In this document: one piece after another, positions 11,259-23,104 of the stretch
Layout: each line of letters begins with the position of its first letter
Numbering within the stretch: the first letter of the stretch is position 1
NCBI GenBank assembly: GCA_000708835.1
Contig: DF237103.1
Location: 1-64,000, forward strand
Length of the DNA stretch: 64,000 nucleotides
Reading direction: 5' to 3'
Source of the DNA: Klebsormidium nitens
Taxonomy: Eukaryota > Plantae > Klebsormidiophyceae
Translations under genes and position numbers: made by a program
Notes under the pieces: generated by a model
What the model was told of the DNA's origin: nothing
Databases searched by the model: none
The model's input: only the letters and a program-made list of their open reading frames with translations

Positions 11259-14200
11259 ATGGCATCTTCTCTCCTGCAAGGCTCTGCTGGTGCAGCTAGA
11301 TTGACACCGGCGCTTGGATCGTCTCAGCGGGCACAGAGGACAGAGGACTGTGGGGTGTGCCAGTGCACTTATGGGCCCCGCAAGGGACCTCAGCAGGCGG
11401 TGGACAGGTAAGAGAGTAACGGCGGGTTACGGGAGAGCACTTGACCAGTATGTATCACATGAGGCACACATGGTCAGCCGTCGCTTCCGCTTGGGGCAGC
11501 TGTTGTGAGACAGTGCGGACTGCTTTGTCAATGCCAGCTTCATGTTTGAATCTGTTGGAATCCAAATTTAAACGATTCACCAGCTTGGCTCTGTGTTGCT
11601 TGAGCTGCAATGGCTGTCTTTTGAAACATACGTTCTGCACACTGGCCTTCTGTCTTAGTGTCGAAAATAACTCACATCACTCTCAAAGTGGAGAAAGCTG
11701 CCACTAGCCCCCTAGAGTGTATGATATCCTGTGACTTGCAGAGCAGCTGCTTACCGCAGAGGTTTTCATTGAAGGCTGTTGCCATTTGAGAATCCTTGTA
11801 AGCATGGATGCGATGATGGCAGTCTGGAGTCCCTTGCTTGTCGGCCTCCGTGGAAGGAATGCTGTATGGGCAAACTGGATTGGGCACTCGTTCTTGTGGA
11901 CAAGTTCTTTGCAGTGTGGGGAGGAAAAACCTGAGCTGGGAGCTCTGGTGGCGCAAATGGATCACGAATCTGCTTCAATCGTCCAAAAACATAGGGCCTT
12001 GTCCGCTATGGATGCACCAACGCCACGTCTGTACTTAGCAGCGAGGCATTACCTTTTTAGGGTTCGCTTTGCTTATGTTGCTGGCGAAGGTCTGCTGAGG
12101 TTCTCGCCTTGGTATGTTTTTATCCCATGCCCCTGGCCAATGAGTGCTTCTCAGGGCCTTCAGGGCTCTGGGGTTGAGAAGTTGGAGTTGACATGACATC
12201 GGCCTTCAATATTGCTTACGATTGCACCTTGTTCGGCTGCCCTTCTTCATGTGCAACTCTGCATTATCCTTTGTTAAGGTGTCCGTTGTTATAACTCCGC
12301 TTCAAGAGGTCCTTTGGGCATTCTCGATGTCGTTCCACCTGGATTCAGGCGGGGTCCATTTCGCGCCAATAAACAATGATTCCGAACTTTTAATTAAAAA
12401 GCTTATATATTCTCTCAATGCTCCAAATTTCACAGCCCCGCCGTGCGTGAATCCGGTGCATTGCAGTGACAAGACTTTCCGCAATGGAGCCGCCGCAACC
12501 GAGCCGCGGCGATTCAGTATATTGCCGCAAACTTTGGCGTAATGCGCATGCTTCAAATTGCCGGGGCCCTCCGGTTCTGCAGGTTCGCTCTGCAGAGCAA
12601 TGCCAGCAACTTCATGGGCGCGAATGTCACTGCAAAGCAGCAGGAGAAGGTGACCAGGACAAGGGGTTCCAAGGTGAGCTAGTGCTGTCTGACAATCGTG
12701 TTTGCGGACCTCGAACCTCATTCTCAGAGTCAGTTGCCCTGGAAAATGCTGGCTATGCTGCTAAGCAGCGGTCAGCTTTGGCTCCTTATGCGGCTGCACA
12801 CACACAGGACGTTGACGCGAGCAGAGTCAAGCTGCGGTCAAAGTGTGGCTGTGTCTGGACACTTATCAGAGCAAATTCTGCTGCAAGTTCTTGGAGACTT
12901 GCAGCCTTGAGGCCCCCCTAGCTTGAGGGTTCCATTATTGAGGGACAGACTCTAGGAACGGTCGCTGATTGCATTTGGTTTGTGAACCCTTTTCCTGAGC
13001 TTTACTCCGGCATAAAGGGGCGTCGGTGCAGAGTAGAGTTGTCTCAGTCGAGTAGGGGCCAAATTTTTGGGACCCTGTGGAAAGGTCGAGGAAGAAAACG
13101 GTGCGGACAAGTGAAAAGAAATTTCTTGCTGATTTCTGCTTCTAGAGCAAGCTGTATCATCCGGTTATGCGCCCATACTCTTACCCCTCCAAGTTGTTGG
13201 TATTCTCAGCTTGATAATGTTTCGCTGAATTTGAGCGAAAGGTTTCATAGACTGTCGGGTATCCTTTTTTTCCAGCACACTTTGCCATATATTTGTTTGG
13301 TGTCGGCAGTGCCCCATTTTTGTTGAACCAGGTTTAATGGGTTTACAATCTTACATGGTGCCCCGTATCTCCGTTTGACACTACTTGTATAATCATTCGT
13401 GGCCAATTTGCTGCAGGCTCAAACCCGAGCGACTGTGGTTCCTGTCGTAGAAGGTATTGGGCCCGAGAAGCCTCCGACCCCGATCCTCGACACCGTCAAC
13501 TATCCAATCCACCTCAAGAACCTCACCGCTAAGGTACGGCAAGCCTCTTGTAACCTCTAATGGAGATGGTAAGATTGACATCGGCAGATTCTGTCCCACA
13601 TCAGCTTTGTTTCATTGCGAGATGCTTCGCCGTATTGCTGAGGTGTTGTTCATTGTAGTTCGCGCGCTTTTGCTTCAGTCCAATGCAGAATGCGCTTGCG
13701 TCTTCCTGTGGTGACAAGCTTGCGCTCGTGCGTTTCTGTCTGACTGCGCAGTCAGACAGAAACCACAGTGTTAAAACAACGTCAGGCGAAAATGCATTTG
13801 GAGGCCCAACGGCAAAAGTTGGAGCTTTCTTGGTACCACATTTCTAATGCAGTGTTCCTGTCCTTCAGTGTAACGGGGAAAGCCTCCCTGGTGACGTGCA
13901 ATCGTTGAGGGCAATTGTCGACCTATTCCCAGAGCTTAGATGTGACCATGCTGTGAGAGGTGGCCGCAACAACTTGGGACTGTAAACGAGTTACGATTGG
14001 GATGTAAGCACCTGTGGCCCTGCGCTGCGCTGCGCTGCGCTGCGGATGGAGTGAACCAGGGACTCAACACAGGGGCTCATAAGGTCGTGGGAATGAAATT
14101 GCACAGCATTCAAAATCAACTATGCACACCTTCACTAAGGAGAGTTCGCATCCCCTGAGGCCCCAGTCTTGCCCCCTTGCAGCAACTGAAGCAGCTGGCA

Positions 14201-17200
14201 TCGGAGCTGCGCGCAGAGGTTATTCACACAGTGTCCAAGACTGGCGGCCACCTGGGGAGCAGCCTGGGTGTTGTCGAGCTGACAGTTGCACTGCACCACG
14301 TGTTTGACTGCCCTGACGACAAGATTCTGTGGGACGTCGGACATCAGGTATGGGACCACATGCCCTTTCACACGGTTCCATTTGGCGGCCTGAGTGCATT
14401 CAGTTCCTCTCCTGAAATGGATAGGTCTGGGAGAGTTGACCTTATCATGTGTGGTGAATAAAGCCGCCTTGGTTTTCAGCTCTTTCTGCCTGCTGGCTGC
14501 TTTGAAAAGCGTAGCCCAAGCATTCATCTGTTCCCTCCATAACGCGCTGTCGCTTCTTAGCAAGCAACTGGGGAGACGCTCAGACTCTATCCGCTACGTG
14601 TTTGCTCGAAGTGTGAAAATCGGTACGACTAGATGCAGCCCCGCTGCACCTGTTTGATTCACAGACACCAGATGTGGTTCCAAAACGTGCAGTAACTCAG
14701 ACTTCAGGAACCAGGAAAGCAAGCATCCTGGTTGGATATTTGTGTGAGTGGCCGGCCTAAGAGTACCGCCTTCCCTTCTGCAGGCATACCCCCACAAGAT
14801 CCTGACAGGGCGGCGATCCCGGATGCACACCATCCGACAAACAGATGGCCTTTCTGGGTTTACCAAGCGGGCGGAGAGCGAGTATGATTGCTTCGGGGCA
14901 GGACACTCGTCCACTACTATTTCGGCGGGACTGGGTAAGATTCTCAGCAACTTCCATGTGTACAGAGTACTGAGGGAAAATCGTGCAAGAAGAAGGGGCA
15001 GAACACTTGTGAATTGGTGCGAGCCAAACTTATTCCCGACATTGACAAGTTCGTGACATGCGATTTGGGGAGCGGGGTCGGGTCGCTTGTGGAGAATCTT
15101 GTGAGAAGATCCGGCTTAGCTTGTAGGCAGCGCATGCTGCTCTAAGTTTTGTCCTCGCCGTATCCCATGCATCGTTACCAACTTTCTTCCACTTGTGAAA
15201 CCCGTCCACCTTCCAAGTTGGTACGTCTAAGCAGTACAGCAGCTATGTCCACGAGAGGGTTGTTGAAGGACCTTTCTCAGCTTTGACTGCATGTTGTGTT
15301 CCTCTTTAACTGGAATTTATGACAGCGGCGACAAGGAGCTGACCCATGCCACTGTTTGCTCAGGCATGGCGGTCGGACGGGACCTGAAGAAGAGAGACAA
15401 TCACGTCATTGCTGTTATCGGAGATGGAGCAGTAAGTTCTTGCTTCGTTGTCTTTCAGCGTTGCACTGCGCTTCAGATGATCCTTAAGCAGGGACTTGCA
15501 TAGCCCATGGTTTCGTTGAAAAGCAGGTGGCAAATTCTCAGTTGAACGAGTTCTTCTCGGTAATTATAGATTGCAGTAGCTGCCTTAAAGCTAAGCCTGT
15601 AATCAAGTTGAAGGTATAGATGGCAATAGCTGCAGCTTGAGACTACCGCAACCATTTTCGTTGGTCCTGGCAACGGTATCTGCTGCCAAACCAAGTTGCA
15701 GAAAGCTTTCTGGTTGCTGACGACTGGATGACTTGTGTGCCAGATGACGGCGGGTCAAGCATACGAGGCCATGAACAACGCTGGGTACCTTGACACCAAC
15801 ATGATCGTCATCCTGAACGACAACAAGCAGGTGAGATTTGGCTGCGAAGCACTGTCGTGGGGGGATCAGCGGAGATCAGCGGGAACTGCTGAAGAAATAG
15901 GCAGAGGCAACCAGAGCTTGTGCCGTAGCCACGGTTCACAAAATGGTCGATTTAACTTTCAGTTTGCAACCCCATTGCTGGGAATGAGATTTGGTTGGTA
16001 AGGCGTTTTCCGAAAGTTCTGCCTGAAATGCTGGTTGTCTGCTTTCTATGGCCAAAATCTTTGGAAGGGCTTTTGAAGCTGCTACGTTTGCCCTTGTTGA
16101 TCGCCAACTGGACCTCAGTGAAATGCAACCCCATGTGTCAAGTACCCTGAACCCCATCATCTTCAGTATTTCAAACTTGGTTTCAAATTGTTGTAGGTGT
16201 CCCTCCCCACCGCCAACCTGGACGGCCCCACACGCCCCGTGGGCGCGCTCTCGAGCGCGCTCGCGCGCCTTAACGCGAACCGCCCCCTCCGCGAGCTGCG
16301 CGAGGTCGCGAAGTCCATGACCAAGAGCATCGGTGGGCCCGTGCACGAAGTCGCGGCGAAGGTCGACGAGTACGCGCGCGGGATGATCAGTGGAAGCGGA
16401 AGTACCTTCTTCGAGGAGCTGGGGTTGTATTACATTGGGCCGGTGGATGGGCACAGTATCGAGGATCTGGTGACGATCCTGAGGGAGGTGAAGAGCACGA
16501 ACTCGGCGGGTCCGGTGCTGATCCACGCCGTTACGGAGAAGGGCAAAGGGTAAGGGGGTAACGGACTTACTGCTGAGGTGTCAAGTCTTGTGGGAGTTCT
16601 GTCTATCTCCTCCTGTTTCTGAGATCCTGCTTGGCGATGTTGATCTGATGCGTGTGCTAGGGTCCTGTTCGCATAGTTGTCCCCTTGAAGTGCCTTCGAA
16701 GGGTAGCCAACCGACAAGAGTTAGGATAAACAACAGAAGGAACGAGTGTCTTACTCTCGAATATGCCTACCGAAACGTTGATCAGGCCAGACCAGGTAGG
16801 ACCGCTGCTCAAAAGCTGCAGTTTGATGGACGTATCTACAGACGTCGAACTCTGAAACTGTCTCCTTGTTCGCAGCTACGACTTTGCTGAGAAGGCGGCC
16901 GACAAGTACCACGGGGTGGTGCCGTTCGACGTTGTCTCCGGCAAGCAGAACAAGAAGAAGGGCAAGACGTCCTCCTACACGCAGTACTTCGCTGGTGAGA
17001 CCCGCTGGAGCTGGAAGTGACGTCAGAGATGGTCAAGGAGGTTGTTTGAATTGGCTTTTGACGCTGTCGTCAGCCGTCTTTCCGCTTGCATTCATCTTCC
17101 AACCTCGTTGACGAAAGAAGACTCGCCGTCTTGAAGTACTCAAAAGTGCTATATCGCTTGTTGACTCTGACAGAGCCCGTGCAGTCGTTCAGTTTGCAGT

Positions 17201-20200
17201 GGCAATTTCCATTCTAGTGTTCTCTTTTCAAGACAAGCTTGCAAAACACATGTTGCCTCCTGATCTATCATCTCAAGCGCAGAGGCCAGAAATGCTACAA
17301 CCTCGATTCTCGTGAGGCAGCTTAAGCGCAGAGGTCAATCCGATTATCGCAGATTCTGTGCTGCCCTTCCAGGCTCATCGTCTTTCAGAATCGTTTCGTC
17401 AAGCGCTTTTCAGTCTGATGTGTTTACATCCACTAAACAGGAGTTCCGAATGTGTTCCACGTTTCTCTCCAGATGCCCTGCTTGCCGAAGCGGAAGCGTA
17501 CCCTGCCGTTGTTGCGATCCACGCTGCGATGGGAGCAATACGAGTTGAACTACCTTCCAGAATCTTTTCGAGCGCTTTGCTTTTGACTCGGTTCTCTAAA
17601 AACCCCTCAAAATGAAGCACCGTGACTAAATTGGTTCCACGTTTCTCTCCAGATGCCCTGGTTGCCGAAGCGGAAGCAGACCCTGCCGTTGTGGCGATCC
17701 ACGCTGCGATGGGAGGCGGTACCGGGTTGAACTACTTCCAGAAGCGCTTCCCCAAGCGTTGCTTTGACGTCGGGATCGCGGAGCAGCACGCGGTCACATT
17801 TGCCGCGGGGCTGGCTACCGAGGGCCTTAAGCCCTTCTGCGCCATCTACTCGACGTTCCTGCAAAGGGGGTATGATCAGGTGAGGAATCGACTCTATCCT
17901 CTTTACCTACATCGTCTCTCGACTGCGAAAACAGTGGCTCACAGTGCAGGGATGGGTGCCGCAGAGGCCTTCACCGTGCTGCAGAAGGTACTCGATCTGC
18001 ACTTGCAAATTTGGGTTGTGGTACTTTGTTCGAGGTTGATTTGCCAGTGCGATAGCGACACCTCTGGACACACTCAATATTCTAAGCCCTTTGCAGCTCT
18101 TGAAGCCACTTCGAAATTTCGCCTTCCTAAAAGCCTCCTGTCTCCGTTTCCCATTTTTGCGGCTTTTCCGCTGCTGCTTACCCGTGTTGACTTCACATGT
18201 TGACAATCCCTTCGAGGGACAGAGCCTCCAATTCCCAGCGCCCTTTCCTCTTCTGTGAACCGTCCTCAGGCGTTTTCGGTAATCCGATGTTCTTCCCGTC
18301 CCTTTGCAGGTCTGCCACGACGTCTCGCTCCAGAAGTTGCCAGTCCGCTTTGCAATGGACAGGGCAGGCCTCGTGGGGGCCGATGGCCCGACGCACGCGG
18401 GCGCCTTTGACGTTACGTACATGTGAGCAGTCGATGTTCCTTCTTGCACAAAATCTTTCAGCTACCGTTTGGAATGCCATCGAGCTTCAAAAATAGTGGG
18501 TGAGAGTTTATCTACAGGTGCTCAGTGTTGAGTTTTCCAGTTTTGTTGAAGCGAGGAACCATCTTGTGTTAAGCACTGACGAATCCAGAGCTGACATGCC
18601 AGCCGTGTCGAGACCTCCTTGTACTAATTCATGTCCAGCGCCCGGTTCGTAACTTCTAACAAGGGGATATTGAGATACTCTTCAGAGCATTATAAGATTT
18701 TCCGCTGACCTCTCATTTTTCCGAGTGCAGGGCGACGCTGCCCCACATGATCGTCATGGCCCCCTCTGATGAAGCCGAACTTTTCCACATGGTAAGCAAG
18801 AGCCTTCCAAGGCCAACTTTCGTAGGACTTGTTTCAGATATCTGTTCCTTACTGTCTGAGGTACCTACTTTTCCTTCTGTTGCCTCAGAGGCCTTCTTTG
18901 GTTCCGACTCTTCTGCTGAAGCAGCCTCGATGTGCCCTTCCGACAGCAGGAGCTCCTTCTAATGATTCTATTTCCCAGCAGCAGCAGGGTCTTTTTGCCG
19001 ATCTCAACTGTATTTTTTAAAGGAGCAGCACCGGTTTCTGTTCTTTGTCTTTTATCTTATCCCGTCTCAACACACGTAACACACGTATCGTCGCTTAAAT
19101 CCATTCGTACAGGGTCCCTTTTGCGCGTAGACAAACCAACTCAACAAGCTAGGAGACAGATTCCCAGGTGGCTATGTTGCTGGGATTTGACGACCAGCCC
19201 AGCTGCTTCCAGTAGGACGTGAAGTCGTTGTAGACACGTAGACACGTATCCAGACCTTCACTTGTGTGAGAAAAGTCCGAGTTCTGTGACAAACTTGATC
19301 TCGACCACCCACACGTTTCCACGTTGTAGTCGATCCCAACAAAGACTAACTTTCACGAAGAGACATTGCTTCTTCACTTGAAATATTGCAGGTGGCCACT
19401 GCCGCTGCGATTGATGACCAGCCCAGTTGCTTCCAATCAAACACGATCTCGTCGTCTACTCGTAACCACACCTAAGCCACTCGAACAAATAATAAACCCA
19501 GTAAAAAACCCTTCCAGGTGGCCACTGCCGCCGCAATTGACGACCAGCCCAGTTGCTTCCGGTACCCCCGTGGGAACGGCATCGGCGTACCCCTCCCCGC
19601 CAACAACAAGGGCATGGTACTACCCATTGGGAAGGGGCGCATCCTGCGCGAGGGGACCGATGTTGCGTTCTTGGCGTACGGAACCATCGCCCAAAACTGC
19701 CTGGCGGCCTCTGACCTGCTGTCCGATAGTGGGGTATCTGCGACCGTGGCAGACGCAAGGTGAGACACGACGGGGGCCGCAGCTTACCTTTATCTATCTC
19801 AGTTTACGCTTCCTGGGCTTTTACGACAGTATTGGCAAGTCTGAACGTAGCGATGCTGACGCAAGGAACCATCGCCCAAAATTGGTTGGTGGCAGCAGAC
19901 CTGCTGTCCAAGAGCGGGGTGCCTGGCCCCTTGACGGTGGCAAACTGAGAGTTTGAGCTGTGAATGTATGGGATTGTTATTTCAAAATCCAGGCTTTTGT
20001 GTACATCCATGAGATTTGGACGTCGCGTTTGTGGCCCAACAATTGACCGCCCACAATCGTCCAATGGCCGCTGACCTACTTTTCAGACCTGGGTGTGTGT
20101 AGCATACCCGGGGTGAAGGTTTGGTATCCGCAAGGATTCGGGCAAAATTTCTTCGTTGTTTTGTGGCCTGAAAAGGATGCAGAGTCACCGCTGGCCTGTG

Positions 20201-21448
20201 TCGCCCGCTGGCCTGTGTCGCCCGCTGGCCTGTGTCGCCCTTACTGAGTGCCTCGTTCGTTAGCAAGAGGTGGACGGGGTGTGGACGCCAAGCAAAGGCT
20301 TTCTCGCCCTAGCATTCCTAGCTCACAAGGGCTAGGTAGCTACACTTCCGAGTGGAGGGATTGTCGACGGCGGATTCACTGCCCGTTTCCGTGCAGAGAA
20401 CAGTGGAAACGTGCAGAGAACAGTGAAGTTTCTCGCCCCGCATATCGAGTTCAGGAGCTGTGGGAAAACGGTGAAAGCCGGGACCATTGGAACATTTTGC
20501 TTCTTGTTCGCAGGTTTTGCAAGCCGCTCGACCGGAAGCTGAAGTCCTCAAACCCTTGGCAAATTTCAGAAGCAGATTTTGCCTTTCATCATTATTGACC
20601 TTTAGACGTCGAAAGGACGTTTCTGCATGCTATAACACAACGGCTCCTCCGCAGGTTCTGCAAGCCGCTCGACCAAGAGCTGATCCGGCGGCTGGCGCGC
20701 GAGCACCGTGTACTGATCACCGTTGAGGAGGGCTCCATCGGCGGCTTTGGGAGCCACGTCACCTTCTTCATGCAAATGGACGGACTGCTCGACTCGGGCA
20801 AACTGAAGGTGAGAGTTTTGGTCAAAGTTTTGGTCACCTTGGAATTTTACCCACCTTGCATGTTTTGCCCACCTCCCTTTACTGTTTCTTTGTCGATCTA
20901 TATGCTTCCTCTCTGCCGTATAGAACCTCACAATGCGGATTGCGCAAACGCGACTTTGGACAACAAAAAAGGTGGGGGCCTTGGCAATCAGGAGCCCTTC
21001 AACTCGATGGGGACAGTCACTGGCCACGTGTAATTGTGCTCTGTCTGAAAGGCTAGTTGAGATTGGTTCTGACTGCAAAGTATCTATCTGGAAGGAGCCT
21101 CAAACATGCTGACGAGAGTTCCTGGACCTTGATGGAGTTACGAATTAATTCGTTTATGTATGTCATTGAAGCGGCCAATGTCATTGGTATCAGGTCTCGA
21201 GCGAGAAACCCGGTTCTTTTTGTCAAGAAGTTTATGAAGATCTCAAGAAGTTTACGTATTGAATTTTCTTGCATCTCGTACAGATTCGTCAAATGATTCT
21301 GCCCGACATTTACATCGACCACGGATCCCCGGCCGCCCAGTTGGAACAAGCGGGACTGACGGCCGGCCAGATTGCGGGGACCGCGTTGAGGTTGTTGGGC
21401 AATGACCGGGAAGCTCTCGCTCTAGCCGGCAGGCAGATGTCGAAGTAG
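11259..21448 (+). CDS. DXS: 1-deoxy-D-xylulose-5-phosphate synthase, plastid-targeted, 15 exons, ~753 aa
   Basis: Exons 11259-11407, 12583-12673, 13417-13533, 14183-14347, 14784-14934, 15364-15431, 15744-15830, 16197-16549, 16876-16994, 17653-17879, 18310-18422, 18731-18791, 19518-19759, 20655-20808, 21284-21448 (2262 nt). Motifs [64 protein letters not shown] (ThDP binding), [31 protein letters not shown]. The first two (transit peptide) exons are less certain. Confidence 0.95.
12336..12458. repeat. Imperfect inverted repeat enclosing an AT-rich ~80-nt core in DXS intron 1 (MITE-like or hairpin)
   Basis: cacc-t-ggattca-ggcgggg (12336-12354) pairs with ccccgcc-gtgcg-tgaatcc-ggtg (12436-12458). 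No target-site duplication recognised. Confidence 0.4.
13732..13763. repeat. Perfect 32-bp palindrome with no spacer in DXS intron 3
   Basis: gtttctgtctgactgc|gcagtcagacagaaac: the 16-nt arms are exact reverse complements. Confidence 0.95.
14020..14044. repeat. (CTGCG)5 microsatellite
   Basis: Direct reading of the sequence. Confidence 0.9.
17454..17560 (+). repeat. Pseudo-exon: upstream duplicate (180-bp period) of acceptor plus 5' part of DXS exon 10
   Basis: gttccacgtttctctccag|atgccctg.. at 17454 and 17634, with ~4 mismatches in the first 62 exon-derived nt. Read-through from the upstream AG hits TGA at ~17613. Confidence 0.9.
19161..19950 (+). repeat. Junction duplicates on both sides of DXS exon 13
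   Basis: cag|gtggc..gacgaccagcccag.tgcttcc copies start at 19168, 19392 and 19518 (functional). A degenerate copy of the exon 3' part (ggaaccatcgcccaaaa..gacctgctgtcc..gacggtggca) lies at ~19865-19945. Confidence 0.85.
20188..20238. repeat. 17-bp unit x3 (ccgctggcctgtgtcgc)
   Basis: Three exact tandem copies in DXS intron 13. Confidence 0.9.
20501..20545 (+). repeat. Upstream duplicate of acceptor plus start of DXS exon 14
   Basis: cgcag|gttttgcaagccgctcgaccggaagctga at ~20514 versus cgcag|gttctgcaagccgctcgaccaagagctga at 20655. Confidence 0.85.
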
Positions 21449-21727
21449 GGCAGTTGTTCCGGCGGAAAGCTTCCCGTTTCAAGTTGCTGGAAGCGAAGTC
21501 TAATGCTTTTGTGTTGGAAGTAGCATAGATACATTAAGTGGCAGAAAGAGAGAGAATTTGCATGGGGAGCTCGTCTCCTGTTCGCCCAAAGCGGGGGGCT
21601 TTGACGGAGATGAGGGACCGGAATCTTGCGTTAAGGGCGCCGAGAGCCCTATTAGATCAGGTCGGATTCTACCAGCATGTGACATCTAGAGCTGAACCAG
21701 GGTCATACGTTAGATACCACACAGCAG

Positions 21728-21906
21728 TCTTTAAAGAGGGCGTCGGAGGACCGGTCCTACCTCAAGCGACCAAATAATTGCCTCGCAACATAGCCATTTG
21801 GGTCGCCGAAGGCACTTTTTGAGATGGAATCTGAGCCATCCGATGAAATTTCCCCTCGGACTCAGATGCACGAGTGTACCTTGAAGTCTGACGCCCTCTT
21901 TGAAGG
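21728..21906 (+). other. Predicted multibranch RNA structure downstream of the DXS stop codon (probable 3' UTR)
   Basis: 20-bp closing stem 21728-21747/21887-21906 (17 Watson-Crick + 3 G.U on the + strand). Internal hairpins 21766-21806 and 21829-21867; palindrome aggaccggtcct at 21747-21758. No known RNA family recognised. Confidence 0.5.
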
Positions 21907-23104
21907 AGTCCTACTTTTCGACCCTCGGCCACGCGTTCGTGTATGTCACCAGAGGTAGTTCTTTAAATAAGTGCACCGTACAAGGCTCATGTCTCGTCTG
22001 GACGCTCGTGAGGTCGGATTTTATATTGGTGCGCAATCTTCAGATTTTACGTGCAAGTCACTGTATGCAAGCCTGGGCCTCACTATTCTCTCGCCCAACA
22101 GGCTCCCGTGACCCACTTTTAGAGTGTCAATTACCTACGTTGTCATGACTCATGACCACAAAGGCCAAACTTAGTATCGTCATCGATCATCATGGCAATT
22201 GAACTCGATGGTTCCGTCGAGCTCCTGTCTAAGATAATATGTGCAGTGCTTGCATTCAACGACGTTAAATTGGTCCAGCAGACGCTGAAATTCGTCCAAC
22301 TCAAACTAATCAGAATATATTCAACGGCCTTCGTAAACGGCCATATGACATGATGCACTCCTTAATCCCAGCTTAAGTCTCAGCGGCAGATCGGTCTGCC
22401 GCGCTCTAGCATGCATAGCAGTACTTCTGTTCGGCATTGTCTTCTATATGTTGCTGCATATTGTAGCTTGGCGATTTACTCCATAATGTGGTTAATTCAC
22501 TAATGATGTCGGTCTATAGCAACGTAATCAATCGTGCTTGCCGCGCGTCGCCCTACTAAGCATGCAAGCAGATCTGCTATTTCAGTCTACATAACACTGG
22601 CGGCTCCAACTGACATTCTTGCATCTTGTCGGCAATACATTGGCCACGCGTGACTAGCTTAAACAAACCATTTCTCTACGGTGCAAAACCGGATCGTAGA
22701 CTCGATCATTCCTTTAAGTATGCGCTGGATCGAGATATCAGTCACGTAACAACATACGGTAATAAGACCCGGTAATGAGATTACCTGACCCATGCAAACA
22801 AAGGTAGTGAGGGACATAAAAGATATTATAAAATCAGCTAGATGAAATGAAGCATAAGAGTAGGGCGAATATGATACGTCCAACATGATCATTTGGCGTG
22901 CGAGCTTGATCTTGTTGAAACGCCACTTTCACTCACAATTACTATGCATGTCCCGAAATCGACACGCCAGTTCAGTCTATCCAAACTGATCCACTTCATA
23001 TTCGTGATCACTACAGTCCAGTTTCTCTGCTTTCTTAAAAGCATCGTCGTTCTTCCAAAATTGGGTGACTACGTTCCCGACCTAGTTCAGAACCCTCTAT
23101 CAAT

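Noticed and set aside
21630-21690. TPP-riboswitch-like fragments in the DXS 3' region (agggc-gccgaga-gccct..gatcagg) and a 9-nt SRP-like CAGGTCGGA
   Set aside because: Lacks CUGAGA, AACCUGA, the UAAU loop and GCGNAGGGA in the right order; the SRP match does not extend.
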